This document shows, piece by piece, positions 42,834 through 52,732 of a stretch of DNA of 64,000 nt. Under the pieces are notes generated by a model. The model worked only from the letters and a program-made list of their open reading frames with translations. It ran no database searches and was not told the DNA's origin. The DNA is taken from contig CAVRVY010000004.1 in the NCBI GenBank assembly GCA_963724765.1, positions 1,096,606-1,160,605 of the forward strand, read 5' to 3'. The DNA comes from an uncultured delta proteobacterium (GTDB taxonomy: Bacteria; Desulfobacterota; Binatia; Binatales; Binataceae). The translations under genes were made by a program, and so were the position numbers. Position 1 is the stretch's first letter; the number at the start of each line of letters is the position of its first letter.

Positions 42834-44418
42834 CCCGCAAACACCGCCCGCTCCAGTCCCCGAATCGAGGGCGGTCGCCAGGAGGCAAACCAGGCTCTCG
42901 GTGGTCTGGATTATTCCAATCGTGGCGGCGCTGGTCGGCGTCTGGGTCGCCGTGGCGAGGATTCGGAGCGAGGGGCCGAAGATCACGATCATGTTCCAGT
43001 CGGCCGAAGGGCTCGAAGCCGGCAAGACCAAGATCAACTACAGAGGTGTCGATGTCGGCACGATTACGGCGATCCGGCTGTCGCAAGATCACCAGCGCGT
43101 GATAGCCACGGCGCAAATGGCGCCCCGGACCGAGGACTTCCTGGTCGAAGACACGCGGCTATGGGTGGTGCGGCCGCGGATTTCGGGCGCCAACGTGACC
43201 GGTTTGGGCACCCTCATCTCCGGGGCCTATATCGGAATGGAAATCGGCACTTCTACAGAGTCCAAGCGCGACTTTGTGGCGCTCGAGACACCGCCGGTCA
43301 TAACCGGCAATGCGCCCGGGCGTTTCTTCGTACTGAAGACCCCCCACCTGGGCTCGCTGGACACCGGCACGCCGATGTTCTTCCGACGACTGCAGGTGGG
43401 CCAGGTTTCCTCGTACGAACTCGACAAGGACGGCCTGTCCTTTACGCTCAAGGTATTCGTGAGGGCGCCGTACGATCAGTACGTCACGCCGAACACGCGT
43501 TTTTGGCAAGCGAGCGGAATCGATATGCAGCTCTCGGCCAACGGACTGAGCCTGCAGACCCAGTCGTTGCTGTCGATCCTGATCGGCGGCATCGCGTTCG
43601 AAACGCCGGCAGACGATCAGGCCCTACCCGCCGCCGAGGCGAACACCGTCTTTACGCTGTTCGAGGACCGCGCCAGGGCCTTCGAGCCCCCCGCCCGCAG
43701 TCCGCAGACCTTTGAGCTCATTTTCAATGAATCGGTCCGCGGGCTAACGCCCGGCGCGCCGGTAGAACTGCGCGGCATCAAGATTGGCGAGGTCGCGGAT
43801 ATTCGTGCGCAATTCGATCTCAAGACCTTCCAGTACCTGGTGCCGGTGACCATCCACCTGGACGCGCAGCGGCTGGGGGTCAAGCTCATCGATCTGAAGC
43901 CCGGCGCGGATATCGCGGCGATGCGCAGGCAGTTGATCGATTCAATGGTGGCTCACGGAGTCCGCGCGCAACTACGGACCGGAAACCTGCTGACCGGAGC
44001 CGCGTTCGTGGCGTTCGACTTTTTCCCCGGCGTCCCCCCCCCCGCGAAGGTGGACTGGTCGCAAAAGCCGGTGCAACTGCCGACCACTCCGGGGCAGCTC
44101 GAAGCGACCGAAGCAAAGGTGACGAATATTATCAACAAGCTCGACAAGATGCCCCTTCAGCAGATCGGCGACGGACTGCGCAAAGCGATCGACGACCTCG
44201 ACGTGACGCTGATGTCCGCGAATCACACCCTGGTGAGCGCGCGCGGCACGATCGACAACGCCAACAATTTCGTCGAGCCGAATTCCGTGCAGGCCCAGGA
44301 GATGAACAGCACGCTGCAGGAGGTGAGCCGCGCGGCCCGCTCGTTACGCGTGCTTGCGGACTATCTCGATCGCCATCCCGAGGCGCTGCTGCGCGGCAAG
44401 CGCGGGGAGGCAAAGTGA
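42826..44418 (+). CDS. PqiB-like multi-MCE-domain protein
   Basis: An N-terminal TM helix is followed by repeated MCE/MlaD-type domains (e.g. GLEAGKTKINYRGVDVGTI, PVELRGIKIGEV) and a C-terminal helical region. Confidence 0.85.
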   Translation: MADPQTPPAPVPESRAVARRQTRLSVVWIIPIVAALVGVWVAVARIRSEGPKITIMFQSAEGLEAGKTKINYRGVDVGTITAIRLSQDHQRVIATAQMAPRTEDFLVEDTRLWVVRPRISGANVTGLGTLISGAYIGMEIGTSTESKRDFVALETPPVITGNAPGRFFVLKTPHLGSLDTGTPMFFRRLQVGQVSSYELDKDGLSFTLKVFVRAPYDQYVTPNTRFWQASGIDMQLSANGLSLQTQSLLSILIGGIAFETPADDQALPAAEANTVFTLFEDRARAFEPPARSPQTFELIFNESVRGLTPGAPVELRGIKIGEVADIRAQFDLKTFQYLVPVTIHLDAQRLGVKLIDLKPGADIAAMRRQLIDSMVAHGVRAQLRTGNLLTGAAFVAFDFFPGVPPPAKVDWSQKPVQLPTTPGQLEATEAKVTNIINKLDKMPLQQIGDGLRKAIDDLDVTLMSANHTLVSARGTIDNANNFVEPNSVQAQEMNSTLQEVSRAARSLRVLADYLDRHPEALLRGKRGEAK

Positions 44419-45014
44419 TGGCACGCCGCATTGCGCATCTGGTGATCTCTATCGCGTTCGTCGCGGCTGCCTTATCCGGCTGCGGCACCTCGGCGCCGTC
44501 GCGGTTCTACACGCTTGACTCTACCGCGGCGCCCGACGGCGCGGCGCCCGTCGGCGACGCGATCATGGTCGGTCCGGTTTCCGTACCCGCCTCGGTCGAT
44601 CGGCCGGAGTTCGTGCTCCAGGCCGCGCCCAACCGTGTCGACGTGGACGAGTTCAATCGATGGGCCGCGCCGCTCAACGATAGTATAGCGCAGGCCGTCG
44701 CCGGCAACCTGGTCAAACTGCTCGGCACGCCAAACGTGGCCGCGGCGCCACTGGCAAACTTCGATCCGTCCTATCGAGTTACGATCGACGTCCAGCGCTT
44801 CGAGTCGGTGCCGGGCCAGGCGGCGCTGGTCGAGGCAATGTGGACGGTGCGCAGGACGGCAGGCGGAGAAACGCGCTCGGGCCGCACGGTCGCGCGCGAG
44901 CCAGTGCAGGGCGACGGGTTCGACGCGCTCGCGGCAGCGCGCAGCCGCGCGATCGCGAAGTTGAGCGGCGATATCGCCAGCGCGATCCGGGCGGAGGCCG
45001 CAACGAAGTCGTAG
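44415..45014 (+). CDS. PqiC-like (ABC-type transport auxiliary, DUF330) lipoprotein
   Basis: Lipobox LSGC followed by SRFYTLD, and the motif WAAPLNDSIAQAV. The start overlaps the pqiB stop (GTGATG). Confidence 0.75.
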   Translation: MMARRIAHLVISIAFVAAALSGCGTSAPSRFYTLDSTAAPDGAAPVGDAIMVGPVSVPASVDRPEFVLQAAPNRVDVDEFNRWAAPLNDSIAQAVAGNLVKLLGTPNVAAAPLANFDPSYRVTIDVQRFESVPGQAALVEAMWTVRRTAGGETRSGRTVAREPVQGDGFDALAAARSRAIAKLSGDIASAIRAEAATKS

Positions 45015-45146
45015 CGGCTGGCTCCGCGAGAGTGATCGGATCGATCGATTTTGCCGCTAGGTCCGGCTGGAAATTTGATATAAGCGGTTATCGCTGAGTG
45101 ATACGCCCGTAACGGATGAGCGCCGCAAGAACCATAGGAGGAGGCG

Positions 45147-46155
45147 ATGAGCGATTACGAAGTCCTCGAAGTGCCTAATGTCCTTCTGCAGAACGGAGGG
45201 CTGTTCCGGATTGCTCAGCTGGCTTACAAGACCCTCGGGACGCTGAATAGCGCCCGCGACAATGCCGTGCTGGTGCCGACGTGGTACACGGGAACGCATA
45301 ACGACATCGAAACTTTCATGGTTGGCGAGGGCCGCGCCCTTGACCCGCGCAAATATTTCATCGTGATGACGAACCTGCTGGGCAATGGGATATCCTCGTC
45401 GCCCAGCAACACCCCATCGCCGAGCGAACGCGGCCGCTTTCCCAAAGTCACGATCCATGACAACGTCCGCCTTCAACAACTTTTGCTTACTCAGAAACTG
45501 GGCATCGCACGTATTCGTCTTGTGACCGGATGGTCGATGGGCGCGTGCCAGACCTTCGAGTGGGCGGCGCAGTTTCCGGAGATGGTGCGCGCGGCGTGCC
45601 CGATCGCCGGCTCAGCGCGGACGGCTTCGTACAATAAAGTCTTTCTGCTCGCTTTGCAGCGCGCGCTGGAACTGGACCCGGTCTTCGCCGACGGCTTCTA
45701 CGATCGCCCTCCCGTCAATGGGCTGAAGGCTTTCGCCGCGATCTATGCGGGATGGGGAACGTCGGAGCCCTTCTACCGGACAGAGGTCTAACCGAGCCTT
45801 CGGCGCGGGCGACTACCAGGAGCACGTCGCTTCTTTCTGGGAGCCGTTCTTCATGCGCTGCGACGCGAACAACCTGCTCTCGCAGCTATGGACCTGGCTG
45901 CACGGCGATATCAGCCACAATCCAGTCTATAACGGCAACTTCGAGGCCGCGCTTGGCGCAATCAAGGCGCGCACCATCGTCGCACCGGTGGACAACGACC
46001 GCTACTTTCCGCCCGCGGACAGCGAATATGAGGCGCAACACATACGAGGCGCCAAGTGCCACGTCATATCTTCGGTCTGGGGACATATGGCACCGATGAA
46101 CCCGCGCGACAATCCAGCGATAGACAGCCTTCTCCACGAGCTACTGGCGGACTGA
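45147..46155 (+). pseudogene. Homoserine O-acetyltransferase-like alpha/beta hydrolase with a 1-nt frameshift
   Basis: ORFs 45147-45791 and 45790-46155 are collinear. Removing one A at 45790/45791 joins ...EPFYRTEV to YRAFGAGDYQEHV.... The nucleophile elbow GWSMG is present. Confidence 0.75.
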
Positions 46156-46325
46156 GTTTGCACGCGGGGAAAAAAGTCCCCATCGTCACGGCGATTACCC
46201 GGCGAGCGAGCCCTCAACCCGCTCCAGCCCGGTGCCTGCCGATCGAAACCTCGGAATCTCTTCTCGCCTATTCTGCGCGGACTACTACAGCCTCGCAGGA
46301 AGGGAAACAACCATAGTACGCATGG

Positions 46326-47093
46326 TCATCTAAGCATGGATGACAGCAGTCTCTGGATCGGTTCCTGACTTACGGTAATCAAGCCGCGCTCGGGCTGATT
46401 GAGATCCAGGATGACGTAGACGACGAAACTTGCGAGCATGATGAAGCAGATTGTGCCCGCAAGGTCGGCTTTTTCTGAAGCTCCCTGCTCGCGCCCGACC
46501 AGCATCGAGGCGACGACAGCGGCCACCAGCAGCAGTAACACGACGCTCGCCGGCAGCCGGTCCCGTATCGCAGCGAGGCGAGCGGCGTGATTACTGGTTA
46601 CGCCATTTAGCGTATTGGTCAGCGAGACTGCGATCGGCGTACCGGCTACCAGGGCTTGATCGACGAGAACGGTCATCTGGTCCTGCATCTGTTGCATCCG
46701 CCCAAGCGCGTTTTCGAGCGTGGCCTCGTCAATCCTTCGCCCGGACAACTCGACGCGCAGCCTGGTGTAGTCACGGATGACGGACTGCAATTTGGTTCGC
46801 ACGGGCTCCTTTATGAGACTCGCGCAGGTATAGAAGTCGCCGATGGCACTGCTGTCGGCGACGAGCGTCAGCCGGCGCTGATCGTACCTGACGATCGCCA
46901 TCGAGAAGGTGAAGCCCAGCAGCAAGCCCAGGAGCGCAAGACTCGCGTCCTCGAATTTGGACACCGGCACCTCGCCGGACTCGATCCGCAGCCGTCGTCC
47001 GTGCCAACGTCCGAACTGCCAAGCGGCGAACATCGCCAACCCGAGCGCCAAAGCGGTTAACCACGCTTCAATGTCTGCAAAGATGCTGCCCAT
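46326..47093 (-). CDS. Membrane protein, DUF4239-like
   Basis: An N-terminal TM helix, LLGLLLGFTFSMAIVRYDQRR, and two C-terminal TM helices. The family call is from memory. Confidence 0.55.
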   Translation of the reverse strand: MGSIFADIEAWLTALALGLAMFAAWQFGRWHGRRLRIESGEVPVSKFEDASLALLGLLLGFTFSMAIVRYDQRRLTLVADSSAIGDFYTCASLIKEPVRTKLQSVIRDYTRLRVELSGRRIDEATLENALGRMQQMQDQMTVLVDQALVAGTPIAVSLTNTLNGVTSNHAARLAAIRDRLPASVVLLLLVAAVVASMLVGREQGASEKADLAGTICFIMLASFVVYVILDLNQPERGLITVSQEPIQRLLSSMLR

Positions 47094-47392
47094 GTCTTAG
47101 GTCCATCATGTTTTTCGCATCGGCATCTTTAACAGAAACCTCAATTCATTGCGCGCACAGAATCGGCGCGAGCAAGCGTCCTGTCTCGGGTCGGGGCACG
47201 CCTGGTGCGGCTCAGTCTTCCACCAGCCGCGAAGCGCCAATATCGGACCAAGGTCCGATGGTTCCTGCTCGTAGGGAAGGCGAAACTGACGCCGGCGTTC
47301 CATCACATGCGGTAGATTATGCGAAAACCCGCAAGGCTTACCTCGGGCAGCGGCTCGGACATGCGCGCCATCCCGAGATGGAGTCGCTCTGA

Positions 47393-48469
47393 ATGAACAG
47401 CGAGAACGGATCCGAGCGAAGCATCGAACTGTGGATAGGTGTGGCGGCTGTGACGTTGCTCGTGGCCGGTTGCCTGCTGATCCTGAGCCCATTCATATCT
47501 GCGGCGCTGTGGGCGGCGATTCTGTGCTTCACCACGTGGCCGATGTTCCTGCGACTCGATGCTGCGCTGGGCGCAAGGCGCTCGCTCGCGGCGTTGATAG
47601 CGACCCTGGCTATTGCGGCGATCATCGCCGTGCCAGTTGTGATCCTTGGAGCGACGCTGGCGAGCAACATCTCGGCCCTGATCAGCGCGGCTCAGCGGCT
47701 AGCCGATCAAGGGCCGCCAAAACTACCCGAATGGATAGCCGAAATTCCGCTGGTCGGTAGCCAGTTCGCCAATCACTGGAATCAACTGAGCGAAAGCAGT
47801 TCCGCGCGCATCGCGGCACTGATGAAATGGCTACCCGCGGCCAAGGAGTTCGTGCTGGGCAGCGGTCGCGCAGTGGGTAAAGGAATATTTCAAGTCATCC
47901 TGAGCCTGCTCATCGTGTTTTTTCTTTACCGCGACGGAGAAACCGCCGCCAAACGGCTGCACGCCACTATCGACCGGATCACAAAAGGAAACGGAGAACA
48001 TCTTCTGGAGGTGGTGGGCTCGACGGTGCGATCGGTGCTGTATGGAGTTCTCGGGACCGCGCTGTTGCAGGGCGTGATGGCCGCGTTAGGGTTCGCGGTC
48101 GCGGGAGTTCCGGGAGCTCCGTTTCTTGGATTCGTTACCTTCCTCGTGTCGGCGATTCCCGCTGGCCCCCTGCTGGTCGCCGCATCGGCTGCCTTCTGGT
48201 TGTATCGGCAAGGAGCGACGGGATGGGCCGTCTTCATGATAATTTGGGGCTTGCTGGTGGGCACCCTGGACAACGTCGTGAAACCTATGTTGATTAGCCG
48301 CGGCGGCGGCACGACTCCGGTGGTCGTCGTGATGCTCGGGGTGTTGGGCGGTGCGATGGCGTTCGGACTGATCGGGCTCTTCCTGGGCCCGGCGCTTCTG
48401 GCGGTCGGCTACAGCCTTTTCGCCGCGTGGTCGTCCTCTGTGGCGGGGCAAGATCTCCGCGAAATCTGA
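47393..48469 (+). CDS. AI-2E family transporter (PerM/UPF0118)
   Basis: A polytopic membrane protein with GTLDNVVKPMLISRG, a characteristic motif. Confidence 0.85.
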   Translation: MNSENGSERSIELWIGVAAVTLLVAGCLLILSPFISAALWAAILCFTTWPMFLRLDAALGARRSLAALIATLAIAAIIAVPVVILGATLASNISALISAAQRLADQGPPKLPEWIAEIPLVGSQFANHWNQLSESSSARIAALMKWLPAAKEFVLGSGRAVGKGIFQVILSLLIVFFLYRDGETAAKRLHATIDRITKGNGEHLLEVVGSTVRSVLYGVLGTALLQGVMAALGFAVAGVPGAPFLGFVTFLVSAIPAGPLLVAASAAFWLYRQGATGWAVFMIIWGLLVGTLDNVVKPMLISRGGGTTPVVVVMLGVLGGAMAFGLIGLFLGPALLAVGYSLFAAWSSSVAGQDLREI

Positions 48470-48483
48470 CCCATGTCGCGACC

Positions 48484-50934
48484 CTACGGCTGCACCTCGC
48501 TATTCAATTGCATGAGTTGCTGGCGCACCTGCGCGTCGTTCGGCTCGAGTTCCGCCAGACGCTTCGCATAACCGGCCGCCTTTCCTGGATTTCCAGCGCT
48601 CCGGTAAAAGTTCACCAGCGCAGCAAGCGCCTCACGATCGTAAGGATGCCTGGCGACATCGTCCTCCAGCACATCGATCGCCTTCTCATTGCGCCCCGCG
48701 CTGTTGAGCGCCACCGCGTACACGTACGCGAAGCGTGCGTTCGCGGGTTCCAGCCGCGCGGCCGCCGCCAGATGGTCGAGCGCCTCCTGCTCATGTCCCT
48801 GACGCACCAGCAGCAGGCCGAGCGCATGCTGGAGCGCACCATCGCTCGGTGAACGGACGATGGCCTCGCGGAGCACGCGTTCGCCGTCAGCTTCGCGCCC
48901 GAGCACGCGATCGAGATCGGCGAGATTCACCGCCGCAGGCGTAAAGGATGAATCAAGCGAGAGCGCCGTGACGAGTTCGCGCTCCGCTTCAGCAAATCGT
49001 TTTTCCGTGGCGAATAGCGAGGCGAGATTGCTATGAGCCTCCGGACGGTCCGCGTTCAATTCCTGCGCGGCGACATACTCGGCGATAGCCTTTTCGAGCG
49101 CCGCGTCCGCGGTTCTCGGCAAGGCATCCGCAGGCGCCCCCGCTAGCGCCTGTGCCGCCTCGATTCGCACGGCGCGCACGGGGTCATTGAGAAGAAGCGT
49201 TGAGACGCCGCGAATCGCATGGGGATCCGCATCAGGCAACGCGCGGGCGGCGGCGCGTCTGACCAGCGGCGAAACCACGCGCGCGCCCTCGCCCACCGGC
49301 GCCGCACTGGCAGCTTCGGGATCGTTGGCCATGAGCGCGAGCGCGCTCGCGCGAGCTATCGCCGGCTGTTCGCGGTCCGCGAACAGCCGCGCGAGCGACC
49401 TTTGAGCCTCCGGAGCGCCAATCGCTCCCGCATGCATCGCCTCGGCGAACCGCTGAAATCCCGTGGGTTCGTGACCGTACCACTTTGTCACCAGATTGGC
49501 CGCCCAGCCGGCGGACTTGTCGCGATGACATCTGTTACAGGCGTTAGGCACACCGATCTTTACCGAGAGATCGGGGCGTGGAATGCGGATACTGTGATCG
49601 CGCCGCGCATCCACGACCATATAGATTCGCGCCGGCATATGACATTCCACGCAGCGCGAGCCGGGAGAGCCGGCCTTGTGGAAATGGTGCTGCGCGGAAT
49701 CGTACTTCTGCGCCGCATGGCATTGAAGGCAGACGCCGCTGCCCGGCACGCGAAGCCTCAAACTGTGCGGCTCGTGACAGTCGCTGCAAGTCACTCCCGC
49801 GTGGAACATCCTGCTCTGGATGAACGAGCCATACTCGTAAACTTCGTCCTTGATCTGGCCGTCCGGATAGTAGAGGTTGTCATCGAGCAATGAGACCCGA
49901 TAGTCATCGCCCACGGGCTGGCCGTGTACATAATCTTCATGGATTTGGCTTCGCCGTGAATGACATCGTGCGCACGTTTGGATTTCACGTTCCGATTGGC
50001 GCGGAGCACTGCGGACCGCGTTCCCGCTCGCACGATCGATCTTCCAGCTCACTCCTTTGCGCTCGTCAAGCGCGATCGGCAGGCCATGATTCGCCTCGTA
50101 ATGATGCCGGCCGCCGCTTCTCGCCGCCCACGCCACGTGATTGGAACCCGGGCCATGGCATGCTTCGCAAGCGACATCGATTTCGGCATACGCGGTGGCA
50201 TACGTGCGCGTGGTGAGATGATAGTTTTTGCGCAAATTGGTCGAATGGCAGTCGGCGCACATGAAGTTCCAGTTTTGATCGACTCCGGTCCAATGCAGCG
50301 GATCGCCGGCGCTTAGCTTTCGATCGGGATACAGATGGAACCAGCGCTGGCCGCCACTTTCGCGGGCGCGGCTATCCCACGCAATCCGGAGCGCCTGAAG
50401 CCGGCCACCCGGCATCCCGACCAGGTATTGCTGCAACGGCGCAACACCGAAGGTGAATTTGATTTCGTAGTCGTGAAGCGCACCGTCCGGTCCGTCGGTC
50501 CGTACCATGAACTTGGCGCCGCGCCGGAACAGGCGTGACGTCACCACGCCATCAGACAAGCTTGCGTCGTTGAAGTCGCCAAGCACCGTAGAGTCGGTTG
50601 CCGGCTGCATGGCGAGCTCGTGATGCGATCCTTTCCACAGCCTCAACTCGCGCTCGTGACATCCGCCACAGACTGCGGCGCCGACGAAGGCGGCTGTGGG
50701 CGCGGACGATACTTTGTCCGCAGTCGCGTCATCGCGGGACGCCCGATGGCTCACCGTGCGCGCCATCAAAACGATCGCTGCGAAAACGATCGCGGCGATC
50801 GGCAGGAACGATGCCGGTATCCTAAGGCCGCGTGATGCAGTCTTCAGTGGCGAGGCCTGCGAAACTTGCTGTGCGACGCCGTCCGCCTTGCCAGATTGGG
50901 GTTCCGTCTTTGCGCGTTTTCGCTTCCTGGCCAA
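48484..50934 (-). CDS. Multiheme cytochrome c (8 CxxCH) fused to HEAT-like and TPR repeats
   Basis: CGGCH, CADCH, CEACH, CARCH, CSDCH, CLQCH, CVECH and CNRCH occur in the N-terminal 480 or so aa. The C-terminal part has helical repeats and TPRs (e.g. ALVNFYRSAGNPGKAAGYAKRLAELEP). Confidence 0.85.
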   Translation of the reverse strand: MARKRKRAKTEPQSGKADGVAQQVSQASPLKTASRGLRIPASFLPIAAIVFAAIVLMARTVSHRASRDDATADKVSSAPTAAFVGAAVCGGCHERELRLWKGSHHELAMQPATDSTVLGDFNDASLSDGVVTSRLFRRGAKFMVRTDGPDGALHDYEIKFTFGVAPLQQYLVGMPGGRLQALRIAWDSRARESGGQRWFHLYPDRKLSAGDPLHWTGVDQNWNFMCADCHSTNLRKNYHLTTRTYATAYAEIDVACEACHGPGSNHVAWAARSGGRHHYEANHGLPIALDERKGVSWKIDRASGNAVRSAPRQSEREIQTCARCHSRRSQIHEDYVHGQPVGDDYRVSLLDDNLYYPDGQIKDEVYEYGSFIQSRMFHAGVTCSDCHEPHSLRLRVPGSGVCLQCHAAQKYDSAQHHFHKAGSPGSRCVECHMPARIYMVVDARRDHSIRIPRPDLSVKIGVPNACNRCHRDKSAGWAANLVTKWYGHEPTGFQRFAEAMHAGAIGAPEAQRSLARLFADREQPAIARASALALMANDPEAASAAPVGEGARVVSPLVRRAAARALPDADPHAIRGVSTLLLNDPVRAVRIEAAQALAGAPADALPRTADAALEKAIAEYVAAQELNADRPEAHSNLASLFATEKRFAEAERELVTALSLDSSFTPAAVNLADLDRVLGREADGERVLREAIVRSPSDGALQHALGLLLVRQGHEQEALDHLAAAARLEPANARFAYVYAVALNSAGRNEKAIDVLEDDVARHPYDREALAALVNFYRSAGNPGKAAGYAKRLAELEPNDAQVRQQLMQLNSEVQP

Positions 50935-51018
50935 GGCGATTAGTGACGCTCGAATCGAGTGCGCGAGACGCCAGACATGACAGGCGTCCTGGCGATTATG
51001 ATTTCGGCTCCGGCGCGC

Positions 51019-51747
51019 CTACTGCATCCGCCATCCGGCCCGCGCAGTGTAGTCGGTCACTGTCTTGACGATCTGGTCGGATGTCTTCTTGGCCAGACTG
51101 CTGGTGGCTGAGCTGTAAGTCTTGGCTCCGCCGACGGCCGCATTCACGCCCACAACTGCCGCCGCGCCGCCACCCGCCGCCACGCCGACCGGAGCCATTA
51201 CCGCCGCTCCAGGCATTTTGCCACTGTCGGCGTGCGTGCTGAATGCGAGCACCTGATTTAAATTGCCGCCGATGCGCTGGTACATCGACACATTACTGTC
51301 CAGGGTCGAAGCTCCTGTGCCGAAGCCGATAACCAGCCGACGCAACCGGTTACCCTCGCTGATATTACTCAGAGCGCCGTCAACTATAAGGATGTTGCCT
51401 CCGGCTACGTAGGTTCCACGCTGAACGCAAACCGCATTGTAGCCCTCCCCTGTCAGGTCGGAGACGACCTGCTGACAAATCGCCTGTGTGGTGTCACGCG
51501 CTATCTGTAGCTGAGCCGCATTTTCGTTATCGCCGGTCGCGCCGCGGTAGGCTCTCTGAATGATGCTCTGGTTAAGCGTAACGTCCGCCGCATCCGCCGC
51601 AAATGGATAGACCACGATCTGGGTGGGACGATCATAGTCGGCAGGCCCGCGCTGGGCCTGTTGCGTCACCGCCGCACCCGCGCATCCGGAAACCACAAGC
51701 GCACAAAAGACATAAGGTCGGAAGAACTGACTCCATCTCACGCTCAT
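51019..51747 (-). CDS. DUF4410-like lipoprotein, paralog 1
   Basis: Lipobox VSGC, then IVVYPFAADAADV and RLVIGFGTGAS. It is collinear with the neighbouring paralog. Confidence 0.6.
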   Translation of the reverse strand: MSVRWSQFFRPYVFCALVVSGCAGAAVTQQAQRGPADYDRPTQIVVYPFAADAADVTLNQSIIQRAYRGATGDNENAAQLQIARDTTQAICQQVVSDLTGEGYNAVCVQRGTYVAGGNILIVDGALSNISEGNRLRRLVIGFGTGASTLDSNVSMYQRIGGNLNQVLAFSTHADSGKMPGAAVMAPVGVAAGGGAAAVVGVNAAVGGAKTYSSATSSLAKKTSDQIVKTVTDYTARAGWRMQ

Positions 51748-51939
51748 CTCTGTTTCGATCCTCTTGGTTGTTGCTCATCTCTTCCCCGGCGTATGGCTTG
51801 GACGGGGGCTTCCGGCCTTCGCCTGATGGCTGCTTTTTTCGAATCGTCGGTGCCGACGTCGGCGGCGGCACATGGACCAGCGCCTTGTGAACTATATACT
51901 TGCCGCGCGCCGGGCAAGTCTCATCGCCAGCCGCAGTCT

Positions 51940-52647
51940 TCAGCTTATCCAGCCCCGGTCCTGAAATCTGATTCTGAGTTGCTCCGCAATTTCGTCGGCG
52001 GTCGCCTTGGCTCTGCCCTCGAGCGTGTTCCTGCCGCTCGTCTCACCATAGATTTTCATTCCGCCGACGACGATCAGGCCTACCGGATTGCCGGTGGCAA
52101 TGGCGATAGCGGCCGGCGCGGCAATTCCCGGGGTCTTGTTTCCGGAGGAGCTGAGCGTCCCCGACCCCAGTTTGCGCAAGCCTTGCGAGGTCATCAAGTA
52201 GCCTTCCACCACGGTATCCATCTCGGAGGTCCCCGAACCGAATCCAATAGCGAAACGCTTGACGGCACTGCCACCTTCGGCGGAGACGAGATAACCACGG
52301 ATTACGCCGTCGCCGACTTGAGGCGACGAGCCAGGTCCGGCCTGCACAGCCGAAAGTCCCATGCCCTGGATATCCGCAACCAACTGCTTGGCGATCAGAG
52401 CGCCGAACTGACGGCCGGTTTGGATCTGCTCGGCCGTTGGTGGCGTGCTGGGCGCACTAATCTCGCTGCCGATAGAGGAATCCGAGGGAACGTCGGAGGG
52501 CGCGGCGACGAAGTCGTATACCCAGATCTGATTGGGGCGGGCGATCGCCTCGTTGACCATCGGCGTCTGCTGGGTGACGTTCGTCGAGGCGCAGCCGGCA
52601 ATCGCCAGGGCGAAAAGGTACGGAACTGTACGGCTACGAAGCCTCAT
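51940..52647 (-). CDS. DUF4410-like lipoprotein, paralog 2
   Basis: Lipobox IAGC, then IWVYDFVAAPSDV and RFAIGFGSGTS. Confidence 0.6.
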   Translation of the reverse strand: MRLRSRTVPYLFALAIAGCASTNVTQQTPMVNEAIARPNQIWVYDFVAAPSDVPSDSSIGSEISAPSTPPTAEQIQTGRQFGALIAKQLVADIQGMGLSAVQAGPGSSPQVGDGVIRGYLVSAEGGSAVKRFAIGFGSGTSEMDTVVEGYLMTSQGLRKLGSGTLSSSGNKTPGIAAPAAIAIATGNPVGLIVVGGMKIYGETSGRNTLEGRAKATADEIAEQLRIRFQDRGWIS

Positions 52648-52732
52648 CGCAAATCTCCCGATATGGTTCGCCGAGGCGTTGGCTAAACGCTGCGGCGCGC
52701 CCGTCTACGCGCGTTTTGTCTCAAACGATGCC

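Noticed and set aside
45015-45146. The leader of the MetX-like gene as a possible SAM riboswitch.
   Set aside because: I could not find the conserved SAM-I, SAM-II or SAM-V core sequences or a convincing pseudoknot or stem arrangement by eye. A covariance-model scan is needed.
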